Positions 10,653 to 27,258 of a stretch of DNA of 64,000 nt are shown piece by piece. Origin of the DNA: an uncultured Alphaproteobacteria bacterium (GTDB lineage: Bacteria; Pseudomonadota; Alphaproteobacteria; Rhizobiales; Xanthobacteraceae). The DNA lies in NCBI GenBank assembly GCA_963830995.1, contig CAWHOK010000001.1, forward strand, positions 111,689-175,688, in the 5' to 3' direction. The notes under the pieces were generated by a model, which saw nothing but the letters and a program-made list of their open reading frames with translations, did no database searches and had not been told where the DNA came from. Each line of letters begins with the position of its first letter. Position 1 is the first letter of the stretch. The translations under genes were made by a program, and so were the position numbers.

Positions 10653-12031
10653 ATGAGCCGAAGAACTTGCCTTGCGATCGTGCTCGCCGCCGGCGAAGGC
10701 ACGCGCATGCGATCGAGCCTGCCCAAGGTTCTCCATCGCGTCGCCGGACGCTCGCTGCTCGGTCATGTGTTGCAGGCGATCGGCAGTGCGGATACGCGCG
10801 TCGCGGTAGTGACGCCGCCGAACCATGCGGCGGTTGCGGACGAGGCGCGCGCCGTCGCGCCGCAATCTTGGGTTTTCGTGCAGAAAAAACGTCGCGGCAC
10901 CGCGCACGCGGTGCTCGCCGCCAAGCCGGCGCTCAAGCGGGGCGCCGACGACATCCTGATATTGTTCGGCGACACGCCGCTGGTGCGTCCTGCGGTGCTT
11001 GAAGGATCTGCGTTCCGCCATCGCGAACGGCGCCGCGGTCGCGGTGCTGGGGTTTCGCCCCGCCGATCCGACCGGTTATGGCCGTTTGGTAGTGGAGGGC
11101 GGCGCCTTGATTGCGATCAGGGAAGACAGCGACGCGAGCGCCGCGGAACGACAAATCGGCCTGTGCAATGGCGGGCTGATGGCGCTGGCCGGCAACAAGG
11201 CCCTGCGCGATTCTGGAACGGATCGGCAATTCCAACCGCAAGGCTGAATATTATCTGTCCGATGCGGTTGCCATTGCCCGCGACATGGGCTTGAAGGCGG
11301 TGGCGATCGACGCCGAGGAGGACGACGTGCGCGGCATCAATACCAAGGCGCAACTGGCGGAAGCTGAAGCGGTGATGCAGCGGCGGCTGCGCGCGGCGGC
11401 GATGGAAGCCGGCGTCACGTTGATCGCGCCCGACACAGTTTTTCTCGCGGCCGATACCAAATTCGGCAAGGACGTCACCGTCGAGCCGCATGTCGTGTTC
11501 GGCAAAGGTGTCGTGATCGAGGATGGCGCGCTGATCCGTTCGTTCTCGCATCTAGAAGGCGCCCGCGTCGGCAAGGGCGCGCGGGTTGGTCCTTATGCGC
11601 GGTTGCGGCCGGGCGCCGATCTCGGCCACGACGTCCACATCGGGAATTTCGTCGAGGTCAAAGCCGCTAAGATCGAGAAGGGCGCCAAGGCCAATCATCT
11701 CGCCTATATCGGCGATGCGCGGGTCGGGGCGGGCGCTAATGTCGGCGCCGGAACGATCACGTGCAACTACGATGGCGCTGCCAAGCATCGCACCGATATC
11801 GGCAAGAATGCCTTCATCGGCTCGAATAGCGCGCTGGTGGCGCCGGTGAAAATTGGCGATGGTGCCTATATCGGGTCCGGCTCGGTCATTACGAAAAACG
11901 TTCCGGCCAATTCGCTGGCCTTGGAGCGCAGCGAGCAGGTCGTTAAGCAAGGCTGGGCCAAGCGCTTGCGCAACTCGAAATCGCTAGGCAAAAAGAAGAA
12001 ATCACCCAATAAGCGCCGCAAGGGCACCTGA
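10653..12031 (+). CDS. glmU: Bifunctional UDP-GlcNAc pyrophosphorylase / glucosamine-1-phosphate acetyltransferase; frameshifted in this assembly
   Basis: [23 protein letters not shown], hexapeptide repeats, GNFVEVK, TCNYDG; upstream of glmS. Confidence 0.95.
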
Positions 12032-12129
12032 CACACGGCGAAACGCCTTGTGATTTCCCTTCTCGGGCTGCCGCTGGCTTAACACGAAATTGGCGCGCGG
12101 AACTCGCGTTGCAGGGGCTACACCGGCCG

Positions 12130-13956
<1,827 letters not shown>

Positions 13957-13965
13957 AATGGTGGC

Positions 13966-14731
13966 ATGGCCGACCTGCTGAACCCCATCGATCTGCCGCC
14001 GCTTGAGCCGGCAAAACCGCCGGTGCCGCAAATCGGGATGTTGGCGCGGCTGCGCAATTATTTTCTGACTGGACTTATTGTCGCGGGGCCGGTTGCCGTC
14101 ACCGCCTGGCTGACCTGGTCGTTCATCAAATGGGTCGACAATCTTGTCGCGCCGCTGATCCCGCCGGCGCTGCGGCCCGAAAGTTATTCGCCGGTACCGA
14201 TCCCGGGCACCGGGCTGGTGATCGCGCTGGTCGGCTTGACGCTGCTTGGTTTCCTCACCGCGAATTTGGTCGGCCGCACGCTGGTCGGTTGGGGTGAAAG
14301 CCTGCTTGGCCGCATGCCGATCGTGCGTCCCGTCTATAAGACCATGAAGCAGATCTTCGAGACCCTGTTTTCGAAGTCGGGATCGAGCTTCCGCAAGGTG
14401 GCGCTGGTCGAATTTCCAGCGCCCGGCATGTGGTCGCTGGTCTTCCTGTCGCAAGCGCCGAGCGGTGACATTTCCGACCGGTTGCCGAAAAAAGAACACG
14501 TCTCGGCCTTCATGCCTTGCACGCCCAATCCGACCACAGGCTTCTTCTTTTACGTGCCCCGCGACGCATCTGATCGAGCTCGACATCACGGTCGAGAGCG
14601 CGATGACTTTGCTGATTTCCGCCGGCATGGTGCAGCCGGATACGCACCCCGACGCGCAAACCAAGCTGGCGGCGCTGGCGGAGACCGCCCGCACGGCTCA
14701 AGCGGTGCGGCAGACCACCCTGGCGAAATGA
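13966..14731 (+). CDS. DUF502 membrane protein; 1-nt frameshift near 14565
   Basis: RNYFLTGL, PTPNPTTGF-like motif; C-terminus in second frame (ELDITVESAMTLLISAG). Confidence 0.85.
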
Positions 14732-16839
14732 TCAGCCGGCGCTGATGAGCCGGATCGCATCGTCTTTCTCGAACAGATATAACAGGGTCCGCAGCGCCTT
14801 GCCGCGCGGCGAAGTTAAGGCGGGATCGCGGTTGAGCGCCAGCGCGGCGTCGTCGCGCGCGGCGCCGAGATATTTGCCATGAAATTCAATGCGCGCTAGC
14901 CGAAAATCCGGTAGGCCGCTCTGCCGCGTCCCGAGCAGATCGCCTTCGCCGCGCAGCCGCAGATCTTCCTCGGCGATACGGAAGCCATCCTCTGTCTCGC
15001 GCAAGATTGCCAGCCGCGCTTTTGCGGTTTCGCCGAGCGGCGCCTTTATAGAGCAGTAGGCAGGTCGACTTGCCGTGGCCACGGCCGACGCGGCCGCGCA
15101 GTTGATGCAATTGCGCTAGCCCGAACCGCTCGGCGTGCTCGATCACCATCACGGTCGCTTCCGGAACATCGACACCGACTTCGATAACCGTCGTAGCGAC
15201 CAGCAGCCGGCTCTCGCCCGACGCAAACCGCGCCATGGCGGCGTCCTTGTCGGCGCCTTTCATGCGGCCGTGAATCAGATCGACGGCGTCGCCAAATTTT
15301 TCCTGCAATTCCTTGAAACGCGCCTCGGCCGCGGCAAGATCGATCTTTTCAGAATCTTCCACCAGCGGGCAGACCCAATAGGCGCGCTGGCCTTCCGCCA
15401 AGGCGCGGCCGACCGCGTCCTCGACTTCGCCGAGCCGCGATAACGGAATGGTGCGGGTGTCGATCGGCTGGCGCCCGGCGGGCTTTTCGCGCAATTCGGA
15501 GACGTCCATGTCGCCGAAAGAATGTCAGCACCAGAGTGCGCGGGATCGGCGTCGCGGTAAGCACCAGCACGTCGACCGACTTCGCCCTTTTGCGTCAGCG
15601 CCAGCCGTTGATGCACGCCGAAGCGATGCTGCTCGTCGACGATGGCAAGCGCCAAATCGCTTGAATACGACTTCATCCTGGAACAGCGCGTGGGTGCCGA
15701 CTAGAAGATCGATGTCGCCGCTTGCCAGCCGGGCCGAGTATGTCCTCGCGCTCCTTGCCGCGCTCGCGGCCGGTGAGGATGGCGGAGCGCAAATCGGCAG
15801 CCTTCGCGAGCGGCGCGATGGTCGCATAATGCTGCCGCGCCAGAATTTCGGTAGGCGCCATCAAGGCGGCTTGGCGGCCGGCCTCGATGGCCGCCGAAGC
15901 GGCGATCAACGCCACTACCGTCTTGCCGGAGCCGACATCGCCTTGCAGCAGCCGCAGCATGCGTTGCGGGAGCGCAAGGTCGGTCGTGATGTCGTCCACA
16001 GCGCGTTGCTGCGACGGCGTTAGCGAATAAGGAAGAGCCGCAAGAATTTTTGCCCGCAATAACCCTTCGCGGCGCTTCCGCGACCCGGCTGGCGGCGCAT
16101 CGCGCGAACGGACCAAAGACAGCGCGAGCTGGCCGGCCAGCAATTCGTCATAGGCTAGCCGGGTCCAGGCCGGGCCTTCGGGTCGCACGTCTTGCGGGTT
16201 CGGCCGGGCGATGCAGCGCGCGCAACGCGGCGCTGAAAGGCGGCAGGTGTTCGCGTGAAATCCAGGCTTCGTCCTGCCACTCCGGCAGTCTCGGGCAGTT
16301 TTTCGCAATGCGCCGTCCACGGCGCGACGCACATTGCCGAGCGCGAGGCCTTCGGTGAGCGGATAGACGGGCTCGACCAGCGGCAGGTTGGCGAAGCCGG
16401 CCTCGTCGACCACGCGGTCTGGATGCACCATCTGCAACATGCCGTCGTAAAATTCGGCGGTGCCGGAGACGTAACGTTGCTCGCCAATCGGCAGAAGTTT
16501 CTCCAGACTGCTCCTTGCGGGCATGAAAAAACGTCAGCGTGATGTCGCCGGTGTCGTCGCTGGCGAGCACGCGGTAGGGCGCGCGGGCGCGATGCGGCGG
16601 CGCGGGACGGTGTTCCTCGACCGTCACCGCGACGGTCACCACCTGGCCGGGTCGCACCTCGCGCAGTTTCGGCCGCGCGCGGCGATCGATCGTGCCGGAC
16701 GGCAAATGAAACAACAGATCGAGTATGCGCGGCGGATCGTGGCCGAGGAGGTGCGCGTATAAGCTGCCCCAGCTTCGGCCCGATGCCGGAGCAGGCTGGT
16801 CAGGGTGGCAAACAGCGGGTTGAGCAGAGCCGGACGCAT
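14732..16839 (-). CDS. recG: ATP-dependent DNA helicase RecG; frameshifted in this assembly
   Basis: RLLQGDVGSGKT, DEQHRFG, TATPIPRT, GLAQLHQLRGRVGR, DGFRIAEEDL..RG.G. Confidence 0.95.
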
Positions 16840-16968
16840 CGCCTCATGCTGGCTCGCGCGTCTCGCGCGATGCGCTGTGGAGAGGAGAATGCCGCTGACA
16901 ATCCGCGAGGAGCGCCCTATATAAATCCTCGCCCGGCTTCGTCCGGGCTATCGGCATTTGGAGAACTG

Positions 16969-17250
16969 GTGACGACGCGATCGAGTGAAGGCCTGGACGA
17001 GCGGCGCCGGCGCCTGTTGTTCCGCTCTTGGCATAGCGGCATCCGCGAGGTCGACCTGGTCATGGGGCCGTTCGCCGACGCTCGGCTTGCGGGCCTGAGC
17101 GACGCAGATCTCGAGCGGTTCGAAACTTTGCTGAGCGTGCCGAGCCCGCAATTGATGGCGTGGGTAATGGGTGAAGAGGTGCCGCGAGACCGGATTCGAT
17201 ACTTCGCTGCTGACGCGGCTGCGCGATTTCCATCTCGACAAGAATAAAGC

Positions 17251-17254
<4 letters not shown>
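16969..17254 (+). CDS. sdhE: Succinate dehydrogenase assembly factor SdhE/Sdh5; frameshift near 3' end
   Basis: RRRLLFRSWHSGIREVDL motif; position between recG and mfd. Confidence 0.8.
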
Positions 17255-20768
<3,514 letters not shown>

Positions 20769-21440
20769 CTATTCCGCGGCGTCGGTTTTGGCCTGTTGCT
20801 GTTCTTGCGCCGCGCGATCGATCGCCTGCGCCAGATATTCCGGCGCCTGCGCACCCGACACCGCCATCACGCCGCCGAAGATGAAGCAGGGCACACCCTC
20901 AATGCCAGCTTCCTTCGCCGCCACGGCCTCGCGTTCAATCTCGGCGACATCTTTGTCACTGGCCAGCCAGCCGCGCACGTCGTCGATTTTCAAGCCAACG
21001 TCTGCCGCGGCGCGCGCCAGCACCTCGCTGTCGGTGAGGTCGGCGCCCTCGGTGAAATAGAGATCCATCAGCCGCTGCTTCATCTGCGGCGCCTTGCCGA
21101 TTTGGTCTGCCCAGTGGATCAGCCGATGCGCATCCGTGGTGTTAGGCTGGCGGCTGATCTTGTCCATGTCATAAACCAGTCCTTCTTCCTTCGCCGCGCC
21201 GGCCACGCGCTGCGCGATGCCTTTGTAGCGCTCCGGCGAACCGAATTTGGTGGTCAAATATTGCTCGCGAGAAATGCCTTCGCGCGGAATCCAGTCATTG
21301 AGGAAGTAAGGCCGGTAATGCACTTCGACTGGCGTCTTGGTGAGCTTGAGCGCCTTTTCCAGGCGGCTCTTGCCGATGAAGCACCACGGGCAAACGATAT
21401 CGGAGACGACGTCGATGCGTACTGGCTTTTGATCAGGCAT
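20769..21440 (-). CDS. DsbA-family oxidoreductase (FrnE-like)
   Basis: SDIVCPWCFIG and GVPCFIF...SGAQ motifs. Confidence 0.9.
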   Translation of the reverse strand: MPDQKPVRIDVVSDIVCPWCFIGKSRLEKALKLTKTPVEVHYRPYFLNDWIPREGISREQYLTTKFGSPERYKGIAQRVAGAAKEEGLVYDMDKISRQPNTTDAHRLIHWADQIGKAPQMKQRLMDLYFTEGADLTDSEVLARAAADVGLKIDDVRGWLASDKDVAEIEREAVAAKEAGIEGVPCFIFGGVMAVSGAQAPEYLAQAIDRAAQEQQQAKTDAAE

Positions 21441-21475
21441 GGCTGGCTCCCGTTGGAGCTAACCTAAGCATCCGC

Positions 21476-22732
21476 TCAATGCGCGGCAACCGTCCCGGCC
21501 ATCACTCGCGTGAGCAGTGAATCCACATTATCATTGGCCTTGAGCGTCGCCAAAGTGACGTGGGCCGCAAGCTGGTCTTGCTCGGACGTGACCATTTTGT
21601 TCTTGAGCGCGGCGGCCATGCGGCGGGCCGCGACATGCGCGCTGTTGAGATCGGTCTGGGTAAAGACGGCGAGGATAGCGCCGTCTTCGTCCTGGCAAGC
21701 GAAATCGATATTGCGGGTCAACCGGGTCACAAGGCGCGCGCCATCGAGGCGTGCGCGGCGGTCGAGCGGCGCGTCGAACGAAATCCGCGCGAGAGATAAA
21801 GAGTGCCCGCCGTTTTCGGCGTCAGCCACGGACTTGGCGAGATCGCGCAGGAAGTAATCATGGCTGAGCAAACCGGTTTCGGCGTCGAACATGCCTTCGG
21901 TTTCCAGCGCCTTGAGCATGCGCTTGAGGCGAGCTTCGAAAGCGTGCAAACGAACCAGGGGCACCATACGCGCGACCGCGCGTGCCGGATCGCTTTCAAC
22001 GGCATCGATATTGGTGAGACGCTCGGCCAGATCCGGCGGCACCTCGCCGATCACGACGACCGGGATGTCGCGGAACCGATCGTCCTGCGCCAGTACCGTG
22101 AGAAAAGCTTCGACCATACGCTGGCTAAATCCATCGCCCATCACGATGCCGTTGATGTCGCGCGAATTCATGTGACGGGCGGCGGTCTCAACGCTGAGTG
22201 CGCCGACCATGCCGACCCGCTCACCCATCGCCACGCTCAGCTTCGGATAGAGCGGGCCACGCCCGGCGATGAGCACGGTCGCATCTTCCAGCGCGTCGCC
22301 GATCGGCAGCGCGGGCAACTGGCCGCCGTGGGCGGAAAACGTTTCGATCCGGCGCAACACCGTCGTATGCAGGGCCCGCACACGCAAAGCGCTACTAAGG
22401 CGCGCGATCAGGCGATCGACAGGCAGTGAGGCGTCGGCCGGCAGCGCGATCGGCACCGCGGCGTCGTGATCGGCATAGGTCCGGGCAATTACCGGCACGA
22501 TCGGTCCGGCCGCAGTCGCCACTTGAAGACACAGCATACGCGCATTGGTTTCGCTCGGCGGCGGCCCCGGCTCGGCAATGACGATGGCGGCCGGCTTGAC
22601 CGCGACGAAGGCGGTTGGCGCATCGGCCCACTTCGTTTCGACGATTGGGAAGGCGCCCGCGGCGCCGAGTGCGTCAACCAGATCGCTTGCCGGTGTTTCG
22701 GCAACGACGATGATTGGGCCTTGCAAGGACAT
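21476..22732 (-). CDS. Degenerate REC-REC-GGDEF protein (PleD/PopA architecture)
   Basis: Two receiver-like segments, DAETGL, RxxD (RNID) followed by EDGAI in place of GGDEF. Confidence 0.65.
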   Translation of the reverse strand: MSLQGPIIVVAETPASDLVDALGAAGAFPIVETKWADAPTAFVAVKPAAIVIAEPGPPPSETNARMLCLQVATAAGPIVPVIARTYADHDAAVPIALPADASLPVDRLIARLSSALRVRALHTTVLRRIETFSAHGGQLPALPIGDALEDATVLIAGRGPLYPKLSVAMGERVGMVGALSVETAARHMNSRDINGIVMGDGFSQRMVEAFLTVLAQDDRFRDIPVVVIGEVPPDLAERLTNIDAVESDPARAVARMVPLVRLHAFEARLKRMLKALETEGMFDAETGLLSHDYFLRDLAKSVADAENGGHSLSLARISFDAPLDRRARLDGARLVTRLTRNIDFACQDEDGAILAVFTQTDLNSAHVAARRMAAALKNKMVTSEQDQLAAHVTLATLKANDNVDSLLTRVMAGTVAAH

Positions 22733-22797
22733 GTCGCACACACACGGGTTACAGACTCCCGTTAGCCTAAGGCGTGCCTGTTAACGTCTCGTCAACG

Positions 22798-24309
22798 TCA
22801 AACCGATGCCGCATCAGGCGTATTGCGCATGCCGAAGGCCCGGACAATCAGCGGATTGCACCCGGTATCGGCGAGTTTGATCCGCATCACAGCGTCGTCA
22901 TTCGAGATACCGGCGAGACGCTGGCCAGTGAGCGGATCGGGTAAGGCCACGATGGTCGCGTCGCGGGACAATTCGGCGACGAGCGCATCGAGCTGTTGTT
23001 GTGAGAACCGGTATCCCCCAACTCCCACCATTCCGGGCGACGGCCCCGTCACAATGAGAGTGTTGTCCGCATCCAACCGACAGGGACAGGAAAGGTTCAC
23101 GAAGCCATCGCCGGCAGCGCCGTCACGTTTGGCTCCCGGGGGGAAAGCTGCTGCCGAGACCATGCCGCCGCGCAAAGCGAGATCGCCGCTTTCGTTTCGC
23201 CTTGTCTCGATGACCGGCACCGCCGCGGGCGTGCCGTAGGGCACTGCGATCGTACCGCAGGGGAACGTTATTTTTGTGCCATCCGCTGGCCGGCATAACG
23301 CAACGAGTCCGGTCTCGCCGAACGCGGTCACGTCTATCAATCGGGAATTTTGCGACGGGGGCGGGGCGACCGCATTGCGCTCGGGCGCACGCCAGAGGGC
23401 AATAATCGTTTTTGACTCATCAGGCGTGGTCGACAACAAATGTGCCGCCAGCGGCCCAGGGATCACCACTGTTCCAGTGCCGAGGCCGTAATATTGCGCG
23501 GCAAACGTATCGGCCTCGAACGGGTGGTGAAGTGCCAGCGTCCCGCCCGACAGCAGCCAGGGCACAACAGTGGTCGCAATTCCGGCAAAAGAGGCCGCGG
23601 GTATCGCGGACAAAATTGTGGCGTCGTTTTCGATGCGGCCTTCGAGAAACACGGCCAAGCCGCCGCCGATCAGTTGTTGATGGTTTCGCGCAACTGCGAG
23701 TGTTCCCGAGGTAGTCGCTTCCCAGGTTACCACGGCGGTGTGGGCCGCCGGGTCGCCGCTGCGGACAATCGCCGGCAACACCCCGGGATTATCCAGGGTG
23801 AAAATATCGTCCAGTGCGACAATGCCGTCCTGCGGTGCCTGGCCGTACGCGCCGACGTAACGAATAGAAAACAGTCCGGCCGCAGTTTGCATGGCGGCCT
23901 CGCACGGACGTTCAAGGCCGATCCGAGCGCTGGTGATGAGCATCCGCGTGCCGGTGCCGGCCAGCGCCGCGATCATGTCGGCTTTGCGCCACAGCGTCGG
24001 CAAAAGCGCCGCGATCATTCCCGCGCGCAGAACGCCGAGCAGCGTCAGGATGCTCTCCACGGTATTCGGCAACTGAAGCGCAATCACCGCGTCGGTCTGC
24101 AAACCAAGCCGGCGCAAGCGCTTCGCGATGGCCCATACGATGCGATCGGCTTCGGCATAGGTCAGACTATGCGCAATTCCGCCGGTAACCGCCGCACGAT
24201 TGGGGGGATCCACCAGCGCCAGCGCATCAGGATGGCGAACCGCGGCGCGCCGGAACAGATCGTCCAGCGTGGTGCGGGTGTCGTTCGGCGGCGTGTCAGG
24301 GAGGATCAT
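22798..24309 (-). CDS. Class I adenylate-forming (AMP-binding) protein, divergent
   Basis: HPDALALVD..LTYAE, QLPNTVE..LGVLRAG, FGE; degenerate P-loop. Confidence 0.7.
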   Translation of the reverse strand: MILPDTPPNDTRTTLDDLFRRAAVRHPDALALVDPPNRAAVTGGIAHSLTYAEADRIVWAIAKRLRRLGLQTDAVIALQLPNTVESILTLLGVLRAGMIAALLPTLWRKADMIAALAGTGTRMLITSARIGLERPCEAAMQTAAGLFSIRYVGAYGQAPQDGIVALDDIFTLDNPGVLPAIVRSGDPAAHTAVVTWEATTSGTLAVARNHQQLIGGGLAVFLEGRIENDATILSAIPAASFAGIATTVVPWLLSGGTLALHHPFEADTFAAQYYGLGTGTVVIPGPLAAHLLSTTPDESKTIIALWRAPERNAVAPPPSQNSRLIDVTAFGETGLVALCRPADGTKITFPCGTIAVPYGTPAAVPVIETRRNESGDLALRGGMVSAAAFPPGAKRDGAAGDGFVNLSCPCRLDADNTLIVTGPSPGMVGVGGYRFSQQQLDALVAELSRDATIVALPDPLTGQRLAGISNDDAVMRIKLADTGCNPLIVRAFGMRNTPDAASV

Positions 24310-24316
24310 GCTTTCC

Positions 24317-26185
24317 TCATGGCGTTTTGCTCTGCCACCAGGTTTCCGGCAAATAACCGAACAGCGACGTTTGCGACGGGTGTCTGACCTTGTTCCAGCG
24401 CGCCACCCATTGTTGCGGCAAATAATAAAGCGGTACGACGTAGAACCCTGACAGCAATACGCGATCAAGCGCGCGAACGGCGTCGACAAATTCAGGACGC
24501 TCCCGCGCCGCCAGCAATGCTGCGATCATCGCATCGACCGCCGGCGACTTAACACCCATGTAGTTACGAGTGCCGTCCTGATCGGCGGCGGCCAAGCCCC
24601 AATAGAAGCTCTGTTCATTGCCGGGCGACAGAGATTGCTCCCAACGATATTCCATCATGTCAAAATCGAAGCCGACGCGGCGGCGTTCGAACTGGGTAGC
24701 GTCGACAACCCGGACCTGCACCTCGATGCCGGCGCGCTTGAGATTGTGCCCGAAAGCGAGCGCAAGTCTTTCCTGGTCGCGGCTGGTCGCCAGCAACTCG
24801 AAGACGAGGGGTTTTCCGCTCTTGCGCGCGACCAGCTGAGTGCCCTTGAGGTCGTAGCCGGCGGCGGCGAATAACGCGAGCGCACGGCGCAAGGTCGTGC
24901 GATCGCGGCCGGAGCCATCGGAAACTGGCGGCGACCAGGTGCCATCCATAATGTCCGCGCGCACGGCGCCAGGGAATGGCTTGAGCAGCGCGCGCTCGCG
25001 GTCGTCAGCCGGACGGCGATGTGCGGAGAGATCGGAGTCGTCGAAATAGCTCGCGGTGCGCCGGTATTGATCAAAATAGAAATTGTGATTGATCCATTCG
25101 AAGTCGAACAATTGCAGAATCGCTTCACGCACCCGGACGTCCGAGAAAATCGGACGGCGCGTATTGAATACCAACCCGTACATTCCCTTCGGCAGGCCGT
25201 ACGAAAACGATTCTTTGATGACGCGGCCGTCGCGGAGGGCAGGAAAATCGTAACCGCTCTCCCAGCGGCCGGGATCGATCTCGGCGCGCACGTCGTAGAG
25301 GCCCTTCTTGAACGCCTCGAAATGGCTGTTGGCATCGCGGAAATAGTCGAAGCGGATCTCGTCGAAATTCCATAAGCCGCGGTTGATCGGCAGATCCCGG
25401 CCCCAATATTCTTGATTGCGTCTGAAGGTGACGCTTTCGCCGGCCCTTACGTCGGCGACGAGATAAGGACCGCTGCCGACCGGTGGCTCGAAGCTGGTGT
25501 CTTCAAAGGTGGCAGTGTTGACCGCGTGCTGCGGCAACACCGGCATCAACCCGAGGATCAGCGGCAATTCGCGATCGTCGGCGCCGGTAAGATCGAAGCG
25601 CACGGAACGCTCGCCGACAACTTCGGCTTTTGTCACCTTGATGTAATAGGTCCGGTAGTTTGGCCGGCCGTGATCGCGCAGTAACTGCCACGAAAAAATT
25701 ACGTCTTGCGGTGTTACCGCTTTGCCATCGGAAAACTTTGCACGCGGATCGAGCGTGAACGTCACGCTGTTGCGCGCGTCATCGGTTTCGACCGATTGAG
25801 CGAGCAGACCATAAAGCGTGAACGGTTCGTCATAGCCACGCGCCAGCAGACTTTCAAACACGTAGCCGCGCAAATTTTGCGCGGTGAGGCCCTTGACGAT
25901 GAATGGATTGAGGCTGTCGAAGGTGCCGAGCACGCCTTGCACCAACCGACCGCCCTTCGGTGCTGTCGGGTCGGCGTAACTCGGATGAGTGAAGTTCGCC
26001 GGCCAAGCCGGCTGGCCGTGCATGGCAATGGCGTAATTCGCCTGCGCGGAAGCCGCACCACAGCCGGACGCAGCCAGCGATAGACCCGCCGCGAGGAGGG
26101 CGGCACTGCATGACAGTCGGAATCTTGCTGCGTTCACGGGCGGATGGCGATTTGGTTCGAATTTACGGCAATTTACCACAGGCAA
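24317..26185 (-). CDS. ABC transporter peptide substrate-binding protein (YejA-like, family 5)
   Basis: IAMHGQP, APKGG, TFDSLNPF, YGLLAQS, RALDRVLL; exact start uncertain. Confidence 0.9.
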   Translation of the reverse strand: MPVVNCRKFEPNRHPPVNAARFRLSCSAALLAAGLSLAASGCGAASAQANYAIAMHGQPAWPANFTHPSYADPTAPKGGRLVQGVLGTFDSLNPFIVKGLTAQNLRGYVFESLLARGYDEPFTLYGLLAQSVETDDARNSVTFTLDPRAKFSDGKAVTPQDVIFSWQLLRDHGRPNYRTYYIKVTKAEVVGERSVRFDLTGADDRELPLILGLMPVLPQHAVNTATFEDTSFEPPVGSGPYLVADVRAGESVTFRRNQEYWGRDLPINRGLWNFDEIRFDYFRDANSHFEAFKKGLYDVRAEIDPGRWESGYDFPALRDGRVIKESFSYGLPKGMYGLVFNTRRPIFSDVRVREAILQLFDFEWINHNFYFDQYRRTASYFDDSDLSAHRRPADDRERALLKPFPGAVRADIMDGTWSPPVSDGSGRDRTTLRRALALFAAAGYDLKGTQLVARKSGKPLVFELLATSRDQERLALAFGHNLKRAGIEVQVRVVDATQFERRRVGFDFDMMEYRWEQSLSPGNEQSFYWGLAAADQDGTRNYMGVKSPAVDAMIAALLAARERPEFVDAVRALDRVLLSGFYVVPLYYLPQQWVARWNKVRHPSQTSLFGYLPETWWQSKTP

Positions 26186-26384
26186 GGCGCGGCCTTGCCG
26201 AAATGCCCATTCCGTGCCCCGGAAACTTTGCCGCTTACTATCTTTATCCGAGGCCCTTTATCCGCTATCAGGCAGCCTCGAAACGTCACGCTGTCGCCGT
26301 ATTTGCCGCCGAGAGACCCGGCGATGGGGCGACCGCCACGCTCGGCCCAGCGCCGCGGGCGGCGACACAAAGGGAAATTTTATT

Positions 26385-27200
26385 ATGGACTTTCGGATTG
26401 CACCGGCCCGGCCGTTTGGCCGATTGATGGCCGCAACAGTGGCGATGATGCTGATGACTGCGGTAGCGCCGCTAGCGTTTGCGCAGGCGCCGGCACCTGC
26501 GTCTGCCCCGGCTGCTAAGCCCGTCGATAAAAAGCCGACGGCCGCCAAACCTGCGGCACCTGCAAAACCCGCGCAAGCCCAAACCGCACCCGCAGTACCG
26601 GCACCTGCCGCAGGACAGCCGGCGGCGCCCGCTCAGGCTGCCGCGGATCCCAACCAGCCGCAGTTGATGTATTCGCCGTGGATCAAGATCTGCAATAAGG
26701 GCGACACCGCGCAGAACCAGAAGCCGGTTTGCGTCACCGCCAAAGACGGCCGCCTTGAGAACGGCATGCCGGTCGCTGCGGTCGCCCTGATCGAACCGGA
26801 AGGCGAGACCCGTAAGCTCCTGCGCATCACGGTGCCGCTGGGCATGCAATTGCAACACGGCACCCGCATGATCGTCGATACCGAACCGCCGCTGACCGCG
26901 CCGTACTTCATGTGCTTCCCGAACGGCTGCATGGCTGACTACGAGGCCAGCGCCGACACGGTCGCCAAGTTCAAAAAGGGTAAAACGTTGACCATCCAGG
27001 CGATCAACATGCAAGGCACTGCGATCAGCCTGCCGCTGCCGCTCGGCGATTTTGCCAAGGCTTATGACGGTCCGCCGACCGATCCGAAGGTGTTCGAGGA
27101 GCAGCAGCGCAAGCTTCAGGAAGAATTACAGAAGAAGGCCGAAGAGGCGCGTAAGAAACTGGAAAGCCAGCAACAGCCGACTGTGGCGGCGCCTAAGTAG
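26385..27200 (+). CDS. Invasion associated locus B (IalB) family secreted protein
   Basis: Signal peptide, Pro/Ala linker, W.K.C...C, VPLGM.L..G, C.PNGC. Confidence 0.85.
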   Translation: MDFRIAPARPFGRLMAATVAMMLMTAVAPLAFAQAPAPASAPAAKPVDKKPTAAKPAAPAKPAQAQTAPAVPAPAAGQPAAPAQAAADPNQPQLMYSPWIKICNKGDTAQNQKPVCVTAKDGRLENGMPVAAVALIEPEGETRKLLRITVPLGMQLQHGTRMIVDTEPPLTAPYFMCFPNGCMADYEASADTVAKFKKGKTLTIQAINMQGTAISLPLPLGDFAKAYDGPPTDPKVFEEQQRKLQEELQKKAEEARKKLESQQQPTVAAPK

Positions 27201-27217
27201 TTTCTTCGTTAGCCAAT

Positions 27218-27246
27218 AAAAAGCGCGGCGCGTGCCGCGCTTTTTT
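27218..27246. terminator. Bidirectional intrinsic terminator between ialB-like gene and hspQ
   Basis: AAAAAGCGCGGC-GCGT-GCCGCGCTTTTTT between convergent genes. Confidence 0.85.
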
Positions 27247-27258
27247 CGTTCGCGTCGC

